Assembly: GCA_021780225.1 (NCBI GenBank)
Contig: JAJXZF010000040.1
Coordinates: 30,919-94,918 of the forward strand
DNA length: 64,000 nt
Reading direction: 5' to 3'
Source of the DNA: Deltaproteobacteria bacterium
Lineage (GTDB): Bacteria; Desulfobacterota; Binatia; Binatales; Binataceae
Shown: positions 50,103 to 62,369 of the stretch, piece after piece
Layout: every line of letters begins with the position of its first letter
Numbering within the stretch: position 1 is the stretch's first letter
Position numbers and translations under genes: made by a program
Notes under the pieces: generated by a model
What the model was told of the DNA's origin: nothing
The model's input: the letters and a program-made list of their open reading frames with translations, nothing else
Database searches by the model: none

Positions 50103-50924
50103 ATGCGACCGCGGTTTGATCGCGCGGCGCGCCGCGCTAGAACATCGGCGATGGTTCCGGAAACGACCGCCGCCGATGAAGTTCGAGCGCGTTCGCACGC
50201 CCGCCCGTCGAAGTCCGTGGACGACGCTCGCCCAAAAGGCCGGGAAACGCCGCCACGACCAAATCCGATCGACGGCGCGGCGGTTGGCCGCGCGCTGCGG
50301 ATACTGCGCCGCGAAGCGCGCAACTGGAACGCTCCCGTGCTCACTTTGATGGCGGCGGAGAAGCACGATCCGTTTCTTACCTTGATCGGCTGCATCCTCA
50401 GTCTCCGCACCAAGGACGAAACCACGGCGGTCGCCGCGCCGCGATTGTTCGAGCGCGCGCGCACGCCGCGGGCGATGCTGGAACTGACGGCCGCGGAAAT
50501 CGAACGGCTGATTTTCCCGGTCGGCTTCTACCGCACCAAGGCGCGCGTTATCCATGGCGTCTGCCGCGACCTGCTCGACCGTTTCGACGGACGCGTGCCC
50601 GACGATCTCGACGCGCTCATCACGCTCAAGGGCGTCGGCCGCAAGACCGCGAACCTCGTAATTACGGAATCGTTCCGCAAGCCGGGCATCTGCGTCGATA
50701 CGCACGTTCACCGCATCTCGAACCGCTGGGGATTGGCGCGCACGAAAACTCCCGACCATACGGAGCAGGCGCTCCGCAAAGTTTTGCCGCGGCGCTATTG
50801 GCTTGAGATCAATCCGCTGCTGGTGGCGCTGGGACAGACGATTTGCCATCCAACGTCGCCGCGATGCTCGCAGTGCCCGGTTGCGCATCTGTGTCCGCGT
50901 CTCGGGGTGACGCGCTCGCGCTGA
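50103..50924 (+). CDS. nth: endonuclease III-like HhH-GPD base-excision DNA glycosylase
   Basis: HhH (LKGVGRKTANLV), catalytic Lys/Asp region, and the C-terminal 4Fe-4S motif CHPTSPRCSQCPVAHLC. Start uncertain (ATG 50151 possible). Confidence 0.8.
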   Translation: MRPRFDRAARRARTSAMVPETTAADEVRARSHARPSKSVDDARPKGRETPPRPNPIDGAAVGRALRILRREARNWNAPVLTLMAAEKHDPFLTLIGCILSLRTKDETTAVAAPRLFERARTPRAMLELTAAEIERLIFPVGFYRTKARVIHGVCRDLLDRFDGRVPDDLDALITLKGVGRKTANLVITESFRKPGICVDTHVHRISNRWGLARTKTPDHTEQALRKVLPRRYWLEINPLLVALGQTICHPTSPRCSQCPVAHLCPRLGVTRSR

Positions 50925-50966
50925 CGCCGGGGATCGGCGCGCTACCGCGAAAAATCTGGAAGGAGC

Positions 50967-51860
50967 ATGACCATGGCGATCGAAGCAGGATTTATCGGAC
51001 TGGGCGCGATGGGCTTGCCGATGGCGACGAATCTGCTCGCCGCCGGCGTCAAGCTTGCGGTCCATAACCGCACCGCCGCCAAGGCTGAACCATTGCGCGC
51101 GCACGGCGCGATCGTCGCGCCGACCGCTGGCGCCGCCGCGCGGCCGGGCGGCATCGCGATGACGATGCTGGCCGATGACGCGGCGGTGGAAGGTATCGTC
51201 GGCGGACCGGACGGAATCGCCGCGCGGCTCGGCGCCGGCGGCGTGCACGTATCGATGAGCACGATCGCGCCGGCCACATCGCGCCGCCTCGCGCGGATCC
51301 ATCAGGAGCACGGCGGCGTTTACCTCGCCGCGCCCGTGTTCGGCCGTCCCGACAATGCGGCGGCCCGCCAGCTCGTCGTATGCGTCTCCGGGCCGGCCGC
51401 GGCCAAGGAGCGGGTACGGCCGCTGCTCGACGCGGTCGGCCGCGCCGTCTTCGATTACGGCGAGGACGCCGGCGCCGCCAACGTCGCCAAGTTGACCGGC
51501 AATTTCCTGATTGCGGCGGCGCTGGAAGCGATGGGCGAAGCGTTCACGATGGCCGAACGCAACGGCGTCGAGCGAACCAAGGTCGCCGAGATGCTCGGTA
51601 AAACGCTATTCGCCTGTCCGGTCTATCAGCGCTATGGCGAAGCGGTCGCGAAAAAGGCGCATCTTCCCGCCGGCTTCGCTCTGCCGTTGGGCCTGAAAGA
51701 TGTTGAACTGGTGCTTAAGACCGGGCGCGAGGCGAACGTGCCGATGCCGGTCGCGTCGCTCGTCCGCGACCGGCTGATCGCGGCGCTCGCGCACGGCCGG
51801 GCCGAGATGGATTGGTCGGCCCTCGCCCTCGGCGTGCTCGACGACGCGGGCATCGAATGA
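50967..51860 (+). CDS. NAD(P)-dependent 3-hydroxyisobutyrate dehydrogenase-family oxidoreductase
   Basis: GFIGLGAMG Rossmann N-terminus and HIBADH signature blocks. GGAG RBS. Confidence 0.85.
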   Translation: MTMAIEAGFIGLGAMGLPMATNLLAAGVKLAVHNRTAAKAEPLRAHGAIVAPTAGAAARPGGIAMTMLADDAAVEGIVGGPDGIAARLGAGGVHVSMSTIAPATSRRLARIHQEHGGVYLAAPVFGRPDNAAARQLVVCVSGPAAAKERVRPLLDAVGRAVFDYGEDAGAANVAKLTGNFLIAAALEAMGEAFTMAERNGVERTKVAEMLGKTLFACPVYQRYGEAVAKKAHLPAGFALPLGLKDVELVLKTGREANVPMPVASLVRDRLIAALAHGRAEMDWSALALGVLDDAGIE

Positions 51861-52007
51861 ACCGGACCGAAAATCGTCAAATCGTGCGGGGAATGCGTAT
51901 GAACCCGGCTGCGCGAGGAAGATTCGCGTCGAACTTAAATCCGATTCATCGAACGTCGCGTAGCTTCACAGGTATGCGAGAGCGCGCAATCTTCATCCGG
52001 TAATATT

Positions 52008-52035
52008 TTGATTGCCAAACAAATCAGGCTAAATT
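52008..52035 (+). promoter_or_regulatory. candidate sigma-70-type promoter for the MoxR/vWA operon
   Basis: TTGATT, 16-nt spacer, TAAATT, about 50 nt upstream of the first operon gene. Confidence 0.25.
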
Positions 52036-52084
52036 AGTGTCGAGGCAAGAGTCGCATTGGCGATCGCGCCTTTAGTCAAATCAA

Positions 52085-53442
52085 GTGCCAGAATCCCGCC
52101 GCGACGAGCAGAAACTCTGGCTGATCCTCTTCCAGATCAGGGGCGTACGGTCGCGTTTGAATATGCTGGCCGCCCAGCAGTGGTTGTTTACGACGTTCGC
52201 GCTGTTAATCGGCGGCGCGGCGTTGATTCTGATCGCTGCCGCCAAGTTAGGCCCATTTGGCTTTCTGAGCGTTTCAGCAATCTTACTTATCGTCGCCGCG
52301 AGCGGAATCTTCACAGCGGCGCGGCGCGGATGGGCTGCGCGAGTCGATGTCGCAAGCGCGGCCGGATTGGCCGATCGGCGCGCCGGCCTGAAAGGCCGCC
52401 TGACGACCGTTCTCGCCCTTTCCGATTCGGCTAAACAAGCTCAATTGTGGCCATTTCTGGTTGAAGATACTTATGCGATGCGCGACGATTTCGAACCGCG
52501 GCGAATTGAGCCACGTTTGGTTTCGCGCTCGGTAGGCGCTCTGCTGGCCGCTTTTTTCCTCGCCCTGCTGGCTTTGCCCGATCTGAATCGCGGCGCCGCG
52601 GCGCGCCAAATCGCGTCCGCCGGCGCCGGAGGCGGCCAAGCCGCCGCCGATTTGAGCCAACTCGAGATCCAGCCCGCCGACCCCGCGTTGCAGCCCAACG
52701 CGCAAATTTACGCCGACCCGGAAACGCTCCGCCGCCTGCAACGGAAACTCGCGGCCGAGGGCGCCTCGCATCAGCACAAAGGACTTGGCGGGATGATGGA
52801 CAAGGCGCGGCAGTTCGCCGACGCCTTTCAACATAAATTGACCGGACGCAATCCTGAATCCGGCGCTCCGCTCAATCTCCGCCTGACCGACCACAATGCG
52901 GGCCGCATACCGGACGAACGCGGCGGCGGCGATCGATCGCGGCAAATGGCGCAAGGCTCCCGCAACGCGAATCCGCATCGCGGCGCGAACGGCTCAGCCT
53001 CCAATCGCCATGGCGCGAATCGGCCGGGCGCGCCGCCGGCTGCGCTTTCGGGCTCGCAAGCCGATCAAATGGCGAAGCGCGAGCCGGGCGCAGCTTCCCA
53101 ATCGAATCAGAGTTCGAACTCCAATCAGGCGGGCTCCAACAACGACGCAAATCCTCCGGAGCAGGATGCGGCGAATGATTTTGGCGGCGGCGCCAATCAC
53201 GGAATCGGCGCGGACCCTGAGCATCTGTTCGGCCCGCCTTCCGCGCAACCGTTCGGCAGCGACAGCTTCAAAATCGCGATCGACGCGGAACCTTCGGACG
53301 AAGCCAGCGCGCCCGGCAGCCCGGCCTATCTGCCGCCCAAAGTGCGCGTGCCGCTCAATCCGAATCAGTTGCCTGATGAGCCGATCGCCCGCGCCGCCGT
53401 GCCGGCCGGCGATCAAACGATAATCAAGCGAGTATTCGACCG

Positions 53443-53446
<4 letters not shown>
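52085..53446 (+). CDS. membrane protein with long Gly/Asn/Ser/Ala-rich low-complexity region; first gene of the MoxR operon
   Basis: Two TM helices near the N-terminus, then about 250 residues of low-complexity sequence. Stop overlaps the moxR ATG. Alternative start ATG 52163. Confidence 0.55.
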
Positions 53447-54489
<1,043 letters not shown>

Positions 54490-54504
54490 TCCGGTCGTCT
54501 AGCC

Positions 54505-55410
54505 ATGCTCGCCGCACGCGCGTTCGAGCCCGAATTTCTCCGCCGACTCGACGGCCTGATGATTCAGGCGCGGCGCAGCCGGGCGCCGCGCGCCGGCCGG
54601 CGCGTGCTGGGACGCAACCTGGGCGCTGGAATCGAGCTGGAGGATTTCCGGGAATACGCGCCCGGCGACGATTTGCGTTTCCTCGACTGGAACGCGCTCG
54701 CCCGCCTTGACGATCTGAAAATCCGCACCTTTCGCCCCGAACGGCAAATCGAAGTGACGATCATGGCCGACGCGAGCGCCTCGATGAGCCGGCCGGCCGG
54801 CGACGACAAGCTCGGCTTCGCGCTGACGCTCGCGGCGGGGCTGGCGTATATCGGGATGAGCGAGAACGATCCCGTCCGCATCGCGGTTTTTTCCGGCCAC
54901 GGGCCATCCGCCCGTTTTGAAGCAACGCCTTTTTACCGCCGCCGCGAATCCTACGCGGAATTCCGTCCTTTCTTCGCCACGGTGCGGAGCCTCGGCGAAA
55001 CCCGGCTGAGCGAGGCGGCCGGCCAACTCCTGGGTCAGCGCCGCGCGCCCGGAGTCGCAATCATCATTTCCGATTTTCTGGTCGGGCCGGGCGACTACGA
55101 AACCGCCTTCAACAATCTGCTCGGGGCGGGCTTCGAGGCCAAGGCCGTCCACGTGATGGGCGATCGCGAGAGCGCGGTGGACTACCCGCCCGGCAACTAT
55201 CGGGTGCGCGATTGCGAAACCGGCGTCGTGCGCGACGTGAGCTTCGGCCCGCGCGAAATGGAGGCGTGCCGGCGGCGGATCGCGGCGCACGCCGACGCGC
55301 TGGCGGATTTCTGCAAGCGGCGCGGCGTGATGTACGCGCGGGCCTTCGGCGCGTCAAAGCTCGACGAGATCGTCGTCAAGGAATTTCCGCGGCTGGGAGT
55401 GATCGCCTGA
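54505..55410 (+). CDS. DUF58-domain protein (vWA-like, MoxR partner)
   Basis: RFLDWNALARLD..., typical DUF58 block. The standard partner of MoxR. Confidence 0.85.
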   Translation: MLAARAFEPEFLRRLDGLMIQARRSRAPRAGRRVLGRNLGAGIELEDFREYAPGDDLRFLDWNALARLDDLKIRTFRPERQIEVTIMADASASMSRPAGDDKLGFALTLAAGLAYIGMSENDPVRIAVFSGHGPSARFEATPFYRRRESYAEFRPFFATVRSLGETRLSEAAGQLLGQRRAPGVAIIISDFLVGPGDYETAFNNLLGAGFEAKAVHVMGDRESAVDYPPGNYRVRDCETGVVRDVSFGPREMEACRRRIAAHADALADFCKRRGVMYARAFGASKLDEIVVKEFPRLGVIA

Positions 55411-55412
55411 CG

Positions 55413-57287
55413 ATGGGCCTGCTGAAACCCGCCAATCTGCTTTACGCGCTCAGTATCGCCGCGCTGATCGCAATCTATCTGCGCGCGCGTTCGCGGCCGA
55501 CGATCGAAGTTTCGAGCCTGATAATTTTCGAGGAAGCGCCCGCGCCGGTCGCCAACAGCCGGGTGCTGCGTCTCGACTTGCCGTTTTGGCTCGAGGCGCT
55601 GGCGCTGGCCGCGCTCTCGCTGGCGATCGCCGGTCTTTATTTCCGGGTTTACGGCGTCGCCGGCGGCCATCGCACCCACGCGCTGGTTTTCGATTTGGGC
55701 GCCGCGATGGGCGCGCAGGGGGACGGCGGCACGGCGCTCGACGACGCCCGCGCGGCCGCGCGCCGCGTGATCTCCGCGGCGCCTGAGGGCGATTCGTTCG
55801 CAATCATCACCTACGCGCTCGCGGCCGCGGCGGCGGGCGCGCCCACTTCCGACCGCGCCGAATTAAACCGCGCTCTCGACCATCTCAAGCCAATGGACGT
55901 GGCCGCGAATCCGGCCGCGCTGCGGGCGGCGCTGGTTGACGCGCGCGCGGCCGATACGATCGACCTTTTCGCCACTGCGCCGGCGCCGCCGGTAATCGTC
56001 GAAGACGCCGGCCTGTCCGGACCGCCGCGGTTCCATCGCGCGGGGGTCGCCGCGGCGAATCTGGCGATCGTCTCGCTCGATCCGGGCGTGCCGCGTTCGA
56101 GCCTCGGCCGAGCGGTAATTCGCAACTTCTCCTACCATCCGCAGACCTGCGAGCTTGAAATCACCGCCGGCGGGCGCGCCGTATTCCATTCGAGCTTTAT
56201 CGTCGAACCGCGCGCCGAAGTGGTCGCGCCATTCGGGCCGGTGCATGACGGCGGGCTGGTCGAGGCGCGGATTCTGACCCGCGACGGACTGGCGGCCGAC
56301 AACGTCCGCTATGCGCTCGCGCCCTCGATCGCGCAGATGCACGCTTTGGTGTTGTCGCCCGACCCGGGAGTGCGCGACGATCTCGCGCGCATCCTGCTGG
56401 CGATAAATCCGAACTTCCTGGTCGCCACGGCCGATCCGAACCTCGCCAACTCCTTTGACCGCCGGCAGCATTACGCGCTTGCGATGCTGCACGATTGCGG
56501 CGACGCCGGCGTCGCCGCCGATGCGCGGCTGTACATTTTTCCCGAACCGGCGCTGATCGGCGACCAGCGGCCCTCGATCCTTCCGGTGGCCGGCTCGGTC
56601 GCGACCGCGGAGATGAGGCGGCGCGCGGGCGCTGGCGAATTGGCGACTCCGGTGCTGCTCGGCCCGGCGCGAATCGTAAGGCTGCCCGGATGGATGGAGG
56701 CGACGTCCGAGGGCGGCGGCGCCGGCGAGCGCGGCGATTTCGCGCTGACCGCCGTCGGGCGCGTGCGCAGCGGCAAGATTGGCATGATCGCGTTCGACGT
56801 GCGCGGCCATCTGCTGCTCGATCCCGACCGGCTGGACGCGTTGCTCGCGGCCATCGGCACGATTCGGCGCCTGATCGCGCCGGAGGATGTGATGATCGAG
56901 CCGACCGGCGCGATCGTCAGGGCGCCGGTATTCGCGCGCGCCGCGCTGGCCGCGCCCGACGGAAGCCGTCGCACGCTGACGCCGGATCGTTGGGGCCAAG
57001 TGCGCTTCCAGCCGCTGCTCGCGGGGCCCTACACCCTTGCCGCAGGCGGCAAAACGATCGCCATTTACGCCAATTACTACGACGCCGGCGAATCGGATCT
57101 GAGCGGCGCGGCGCCGCCAACATCCGTATCCAATCGGCCAAACGTACTTCCGGCGGTGGCGAACGAGGGACATTTCCAGGTGCGGACGATCGGATTCATG
57201 CTCGCCGCGATCGCGCTGCTGCTCTTCCTGCTCGAATCGATCGTGCTGACGCGGCGGGCCGCGCGGTGGAGCGCACGTCATGTTTGA
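55413..57287 (+). CDS. BatA-like membrane protein (aerotolerance-regulator N-terminal domain)
   Basis: Start ATG 55413 (MGLLKPANLLYALSIAALIAIYLRARSRP), characteristic BatA_N double-TM, and a C-terminal TM anchor. The track ORF has a spurious 67-aa extension. Confidence 0.75.
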   Translation: MGLLKPANLLYALSIAALIAIYLRARSRPTIEVSSLIIFEEAPAPVANSRVLRLDLPFWLEALALAALSLAIAGLYFRVYGVAGGHRTHALVFDLGAAMGAQGDGGTALDDARAAARRVISAAPEGDSFAIITYALAAAAAGAPTSDRAELNRALDHLKPMDVAANPAALRAALVDARAADTIDLFATAPAPPVIVEDAGLSGPPRFHRAGVAAANLAIVSLDPGVPRSSLGRAVIRNFSYHPQTCELEITAGGRAVFHSSFIVEPRAEVVAPFGPVHDGGLVEARILTRDGLAADNVRYALAPSIAQMHALVLSPDPGVRDDLARILLAINPNFLVATADPNLANSFDRRQHYALAMLHDCGDAGVAADARLYIFPEPALIGDQRPSILPVAGSVATAEMRRRAGAGELATPVLLGPARIVRLPGWMEATSEGGGAGERGDFALTAVGRVRSGKIGMIAFDVRGHLLLDPDRLDALLAAIGTIRRLIAPEDVMIEPTGAIVRAPVFARAALAAPDGSRRTLTPDRWGQVRFQPLLAGPYTLAAGGKTIAIYANYYDAGESDLSGAAPPTSVSNRPNVLPAVANEGHFQVRTIGFMLAAIALLLFLLESIVLTRRAARWSARHV

Positions 57288-59865
57288 GCGGCCTGAATAT
57301 CTTTGGCTGCTGGCGGCGGCGCCGCTGATCGCCGCTCCCGCCCTGCTGGCCTATCGAGCGGGAGCGCGGTTGGCCGGAGCGCTTTCATTCGCGATGCGGC
57401 TGGCGGCGCTGGTGGCGATAGTTATGACGCTGGCGGGCGCCCGGCGGCCGGTTGCGACCGGCGCGCGCCACATGTCAGTGGTCGTGGCGCTCGACCAGTC
57501 GGCATCGATTGCGCCCGATCAGGCAGCTTGGATGGAGACGCGAATCGCGAGTCTGCGCGCGGCGATGGACCCGCGCGATCGGCTGGGAGCGATCGGCTTC
57601 GGACGCGATGCCCGCCTGCTCGCGCCGCTGCGGGACCCGCGGCTGCTGGCGCTGGCGCATACGAGCGCGGACTCCGGCGCGACCGATATCGGCGGCGCGC
57701 TGACGATGGCCGCCGGCCTGTTCGCGCCGAACGCCGAAAAACGCGTGTACCTGTTGACCGACGGCAATCAGACGACCGGCGGCGCGCGGGCCGCGGCGGC
57801 AAGCCTGGCCGAGAACGGCATCCGGATTTTCACGGCGGCGCCGCCGCCCGCCGCCAAGGCAAGGATCGCGCTGGTAAATTTCGCGGCGCCAGCCGCCGTT
57901 CACGCGGGCGAAAGCTTCGCTCTGAATCTGGAACTCGTCAGCGAAGCGCCGCATCCGGTCGCGGCGCGGATAGCGCTGGCGGCGGACGGCGAAAATCTGG
58001 GCGACCGGAACGTCGCGCTCAAGCCGGGCGTCAACCGCTTCAAACTTCCGTACCAGGTCAACCGGCCGGGCGCTTATCTGATGACGGCGGCGGTTACCGT
58101 GGCCCCCCCCGCGATAAGCATGAATTCAACCGCGACGACGGCAATCTCAGTGATTGCGCCGCCGCACGTCCTGATGATCGCGACCACGCCGCCGGAAAGC
58201 GTCCTCGGCGCGCTGCGCCTGCGCCATTACACCGTTTCCAGCGCGCCGCAGCGCGGATTGCCCGCCGATCCGCGCGCCTATCTCGCCTACCAAGCGGTGA
58301 TTATCGCCAACGTCGCGGCGGACGCGATTTCGCCGGAGGCGGAGACGGCGCTGAGCCGTTATGTCGCCGATTATGGCGGCGGTTTGGTCGTCACCGGCGA
58401 TACTTTGCGCGATTCGCGCTTTCACGGCACGCCGCTCGAAAAGGTTCTGCCGATCAAATTCGAGCCGCAGCCGCCGCCGCCCACGCGCGAGCCGATCGCC
58501 GTCTATCTGCTTATCGATCGCTCGAATTCGATGAGCTACAACTCGCGGTTTCCCGCGGTGCGCGACGGCGAGCGGATTCGCTACGCGAAGGAAGCGGCGA
58601 TCGCCCTGCTCAATCAGCTCGACGACACCGACTACGCGGGCGTCATCGCCTTCGATTCGGAACCCTACGTGCTGGGCCATCTGAAGCCGCTTGGCGAAGA
58701 CCGGGGGGAACTGATCGGCCGGGTCGAACGGCTGGAGCCCGGCGGCGGAACCGATTTCAAGGAGGCGCTGGAGATCGCCGAGCGCGAAATCCTGGCGACC
58801 GGATTGCCGGTGCGCGAAGTGATTCTGCTGACCGATGGCGACACCAACCGCCAGTATCACGACCACGACCAGTTGATGGCCGATTACGCGAAGGAGGGGA
58901 TTCCGGTCTCGACCATCCGGATTGGCCCGGACCTCGAAAATCTGCGCCTGTTGCAGGATTTCGCGCACGCGACGGGCGGGATCTTTTACCGCGTCGAGGA
59001 CATCACGAAGCTCCCGCAACTGCTGGTGCATCTGACGCACGAGGCGCAAAACTTCAAGCATCGTGAGCGCACCACGGTCGAGATGGCCGCGACCAGCGCG
59101 ATTCTAAATGGAATTGCGCCGCGCGAAGTGCCGCCGATGGAATTCTTCGCGGTGACGACGCCCAAAGAGGGCGCCGAGGTTCCGCTGCTGATTCGCAGTC
59201 CGAGCCGGGCCACGCCGCTGCTGGTCACGTGGCAATATCAGCTTGGCCGCAGCGCCGCGTTCGTGGCGGATCCGGACTCGATCGGATCGCTGGCGTGGCT
59301 GCGCTGGGATCGTTACGCCGAATTCTGGTCGCAACTGGTGGATTGGGTGGCGCGGCCGGGAGATTCGGGATTGTTCACGGTGCGGGTGCGGCCGGCCGCC
59401 AACGGCGCGCTGGCGATCGAAGCGGATACGGCCGACGCGGCGCCGGCGCCGAATCTCTACGCGCGCATCGCCGGCGGCGGCCACGCCACCGATATCGCGA
59501 TGACGCAAATTGGTCCCGCACGCTATCGCGGGGAGTCGGCGCCGCTGCCGCGCGGGAAATACGCCGTCACGCTCATGCTGAAAGTGGGCGACACCGAAAA
59601 GGCGCTGCTCGAACGGCCGATCGCGGTGGCCGGCTCGGAACCGTCGGACGCGGCGGAGATGCGAATCCGGCCGGAAGATCAGCGGCTGCTGCGCGAGATT
59701 GCGAGTGATTCGGGCGGCGCGTTCGCACCCTCAATTGCCAAATTGGCGCGCCGCGCGGGCGCGACGGTCACCGGGTACCGATCGATCGCGCCGATTTTGC
59801 TGCCGCTGGCGATCCTGCTGCTGCTCGGCGACGTGTTTGTGCGCCGGCGGTTAATCGGCGATTAA
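57280..59865 (+). CDS. von Willebrand factor A domain membrane protein (BatA/BatB-like, two vWA domains)
   Basis: N-terminal BatA-like TM. MIDAS motifs DQSAS and DRSNSMS. C-terminal TM. 861 aa. Confidence 0.8.
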   Translation: MFERPEYLWLLAAAPLIAAPALLAYRAGARLAGALSFAMRLAALVAIVMTLAGARRPVATGARHMSVVVALDQSASIAPDQAAWMETRIASLRAAMDPRDRLGAIGFGRDARLLAPLRDPRLLALAHTSADSGATDIGGALTMAAGLFAPNAEKRVYLLTDGNQTTGGARAAAASLAENGIRIFTAAPPPAAKARIALVNFAAPAAVHAGESFALNLELVSEAPHPVAARIALAADGENLGDRNVALKPGVNRFKLPYQVNRPGAYLMTAAVTVAPPAISMNSTATTAISVIAPPHVLMIATTPPESVLGALRLRHYTVSSAPQRGLPADPRAYLAYQAVIIANVAADAISPEAETALSRYVADYGGGLVVTGDTLRDSRFHGTPLEKVLPIKFEPQPPPPTREPIAVYLLIDRSNSMSYNSRFPAVRDGERIRYAKEAAIALLNQLDDTDYAGVIAFDSEPYVLGHLKPLGEDRGELIGRVERLEPGGGTDFKEALEIAEREILATGLPVREVILLTDGDTNRQYHDHDQLMADYAKEGIPVSTIRIGPDLENLRLLQDFAHATGGIFYRVEDITKLPQLLVHLTHEAQNFKHRERTTVEMAATSAILNGIAPREVPPMEFFAVTTPKEGAEVPLLIRSPSRATPLLVTWQYQLGRSAAFVADPDSIGSLAWLRWDRYAEFWSQLVDWVARPGDSGLFTVRVRPAANGALAIEADTADAAPAPNLYARIAGGGHATDIAMTQIGPARYRGESAPLPRGKYAVTLMLKVGDTEKALLERPIAVAGSEPSDAAEMRIRPEDQRLLREIASDSGGAFAPSIAKLARRAGATVTGYRSIAPILLPLAILLLLGDVFVRRRLIGD

Positions 59866-60085
59866 GGCGTTAAATCAATTATAGCGGCGCCGAACCCGTT
59901 GGGCTGGCGCTCAAAGCATCGCCCCAGCGCCGGAAGAAACGGCATGGCGCCTGGATGGATGAAACGCCGGATGGCCTCGCTTCGGGCGGGAATGGACTGT
60001 GCGCCGCCCGAAGTTTGCCGTCGCGAATATCGCTATGGTTGACGTGTTCCGCAGGAGGGATCCACGCCGAAACGGACGCGCGGCT

Positions 60086-60292
60086 TCACCCGAGATTGCG
60101 AAGCTCTTCGAGTTGCGCAGCGCCCTGATGCATCCGCCACTCGTCGATCGCCTCGACGTTAAAGCGCCAGTCGCTGCCAATCTTGAAGCCGGGCAATTGC
60201 CCCTTCTTCAGCAACCGGTAGATGGTCGAGCGATGAACGCGCAGATAATCGGAAAGCTCGCTGACAGTCAGGACTTTTGCATCGGCCAACAT
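60086..60292 (-). CDS. excisionase-family helix-turn-helix DNA-binding protein (paralog of 37275-37526)
   Basis: Start ATG 60292. LTVSELSDYLRVHRSTIYRLLKKGQLPGFKIGSDWRF is more than 60% identical to the other copy. The track ORF carries a junk N-terminal extension. Confidence 0.65.
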   Translation of the reverse strand: MLADAKVLTVSELSDYLRVHRSTIYRLLKKGQLPGFKIGSDWRFNVEAIDEWRMHQGAAQLEELRNLG

Positions 60293-60829
60293 TGCAGATT
60301 TCTTCCTTTTCTCGCGCCCTTGCCGCGCGCCATCCGCCTCAGCACTCTGATGCGGGGCGGGGTTTGGACGCGGGACGCTGTTTTGCCTCGAACTTCTCAT
60401 CGTAAGATCATTCCGCCTTGATCGGTCTTGTCGTCGCGACAGTCGCGCCACGCTGACAGCTCAAGTTAAAAACCTTACCGACCTCTGAACCGCGCTTTTA
60501 GCGTTCTGACGACGCGGATATAGACAATCTGATTAGAATAATTGCAGGCCATGATCAAGCTGTCGTTTAATGATTCTACAGATTTTTTCATTCGTTTTAT
60601 AGCTACAAACGACGCTTTAGCTGCACATTCAAACTTCCCCGCCTTGACCGGGAAAGCATGCGCTCGATTCAATGGCTTAATCGAAAGGCTTTCGCCTTAT
60701 AAGACGTGCATTCTCCGATTCGGTTACAGAAATCTTTGCGATCGATCTTGCGAGACAACGACCGTCGATAAGAGCGCAACCGCGCTTGCGGCGTGACGCG
60801 CGTTGCCGCGACAATGGCGGGAGTTCGCG

Positions 60830-61432
60830 ATGCCGATACCGTACGGAACGTATCGTTATGAAATCTGGCGGACGGGCGCGTTGACCGCCGTCGAAGAAAC
60901 CTTCGTCGCGCCCGGGCTGTTGCGCGGCGCGCGCCGCTCGCCCGAGGGCGGCAATCTGCACGCGGTCGAGGCGGCGCTGGCGGCGGACGGCGCAATCATG
61001 CGGATCGTGCTGCGTTATCAGCGCGGCATGTTCAAGCGCGACGCCGTGTACGACGCCGTGGAGGAGACTCTGCGGGGCAGCGTGAGCGCGATGGCCGGGC
61101 GCAACGAAGTCATCGCCAAGCTCGGCCGTTTTCGCGAGCTCGATGCGGACTTGGTGCTATGCCGGGCGCTGATCATCGCGCGGACGCGCGCGCGGGGTCA
61201 ACGTCGTTTCACCGGAAGGGTGGCGGTCATCGATCCGAATACGCTGGTCGCTGCATCTTACAAGCAAACCTACAGCCAGGTGGACGAAACGGGCTTGCGC
61301 TGGCGTCGCGAGGCGCGGATGGGCGAAAGCGAAACGATCGAACTTGAGGCCGACGGCCGGATCGCTCGAATTCGCGATGATTGGGGAGGCGAAGCCCGGC
61401 TTGCGGAATTCGCCCCCGCCGAGCCGCGTTGA
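60830..61432 (+). CDS. hypothetical protein (200 aa)
   Basis: GGGAG RBS 6 nt before ATG 60830. No recognisable domain. Confidence 0.5.
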   Translation: MPIPYGTYRYEIWRTGALTAVEETFVAPGLLRGARRSPEGGNLHAVEAALAADGAIMRIVLRYQRGMFKRDAVYDAVEETLRGSVSAMAGRNEVIAKLGRFRELDADLVLCRALIIARTRARGQRRFTGRVAVIDPNTLVAASYKQTYSQVDETGLRWRREARMGESETIELEADGRIARIRDDWGGEARLAEFAPAEPR

Positions 61433-61435
61433 CCC

Positions 61436-61783
61436 TCAGGCCGCGGCTTTCTCCACCGGCATCTTGCAATCGCCGTCGAAGATTGCGCCCTCATTGAGGA
61501 CCAAACGCGGCGTGCTGATGGTGCATCGCAAACGCGCAGTGGGCAGCGCTTCGACGCGTTCACGCGCGATAATTTCGCCGCTCAGAGTTCCGGCGATCGT
61601 GATTCGATTGGCCGCGATGCGCGCGGTCACGACCGCGCCTTGCGCGATCACAAGGTCGTCGGCGCTGATCTCGCCTTCGACTTCGCCTTCGATTTTAGCC
61701 GGCGCCTTGAATATCAGTTTGCCGGAAACTTTGGCGCCCTTGCCGATACGTGAACTGAAAGCAGTCTCGTCGAGCACGGCCAT
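61436..61783 (-). CDS. bactofilin-family cytoskeletal protein
   Basis: Start ATG 61783 with a GGGGG RBS. Beta-helical repeat core (KIEGEVEGEISADDLVIAQGAVVTARIAANRITIAG) typical of DUF583/bactofilin. Confidence 0.75.
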   Translation of the reverse strand: MAVLDETAFSSRIGKGAKVSGKLIFKAPAKIEGEVEGEISADDLVIAQGAVVTARIAANRITIAGTLSGEIIARERVEALPTARLRCTISTPRLVLNEGAIFDGDCKMPVEKAAA

Positions 61784-61949
61784 CCGAGTCGATCCCCCTT
61801 TTCGCGACTGAGTGGAAATGATGCCGAGAATGGATGTGTGGAGCAATCGAAATCGGCCGCCTGCCAAACAACGCTCAAGCCAGCCGATGCGGACCTGTGT
61901 TATGCTGCGTGATAATACTCTTTAACGAGGATTTTTGGGGGTCGTCCGA

Positions 61950-62369
61950 ATGGGTCGGGGATTGCTGGCGGGACTGCTCGCGATGCTGCTCGGCGCCGCG
62001 CCGATCGCCGGCGCGGGATGTGCGCGCAAGCCGCCGGGCGCGCCGCCGAACACGAGTTCCTCGATGGCCGCTCCGGCGCCGCCGGGAAGTTCGCCGGGCG
62101 ATTCCGGCGTCTATGGTTTTTCGGGCGCGAAAGTTCCGGATGGCGATCCGCAGGGAGTGATTGGCGAATGTATTTGGATCTACGACGCCGCCAATCGCAA
62201 TCAGGTAGCCAAAGGCGACTGTATCGAAAGCGCACCCGGAAAATTCCGCGTCAGGCTGAAACCCGGCCGCTATGTCGTGCGCGGGCCGGGCGGAAACAAA
62301 CCGATCGAAATCAAACCGAGTGGTTGGATCAGAATCATGTCGATTATCGCCCTGCCGATGGCGCCGTAA
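61950..62369 (+). CDS. hypothetical lipoprotein
   Basis: Signal peptide with lipobox (AGAGC). Pro/Ser-rich linker followed by a beta-rich domain. Confidence 0.5.
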   Translation: MGRGLLAGLLAMLLGAAPIAGAGCARKPPGAPPNTSSSMAAPAPPGSSPGDSGVYGFSGAKVPDGDPQGVIGECIWIYDAANRNQVAKGDCIESAPGKFRVRLKPGRYVVRGPGGNKPIEIKPSGWIRIMSIIALPMAP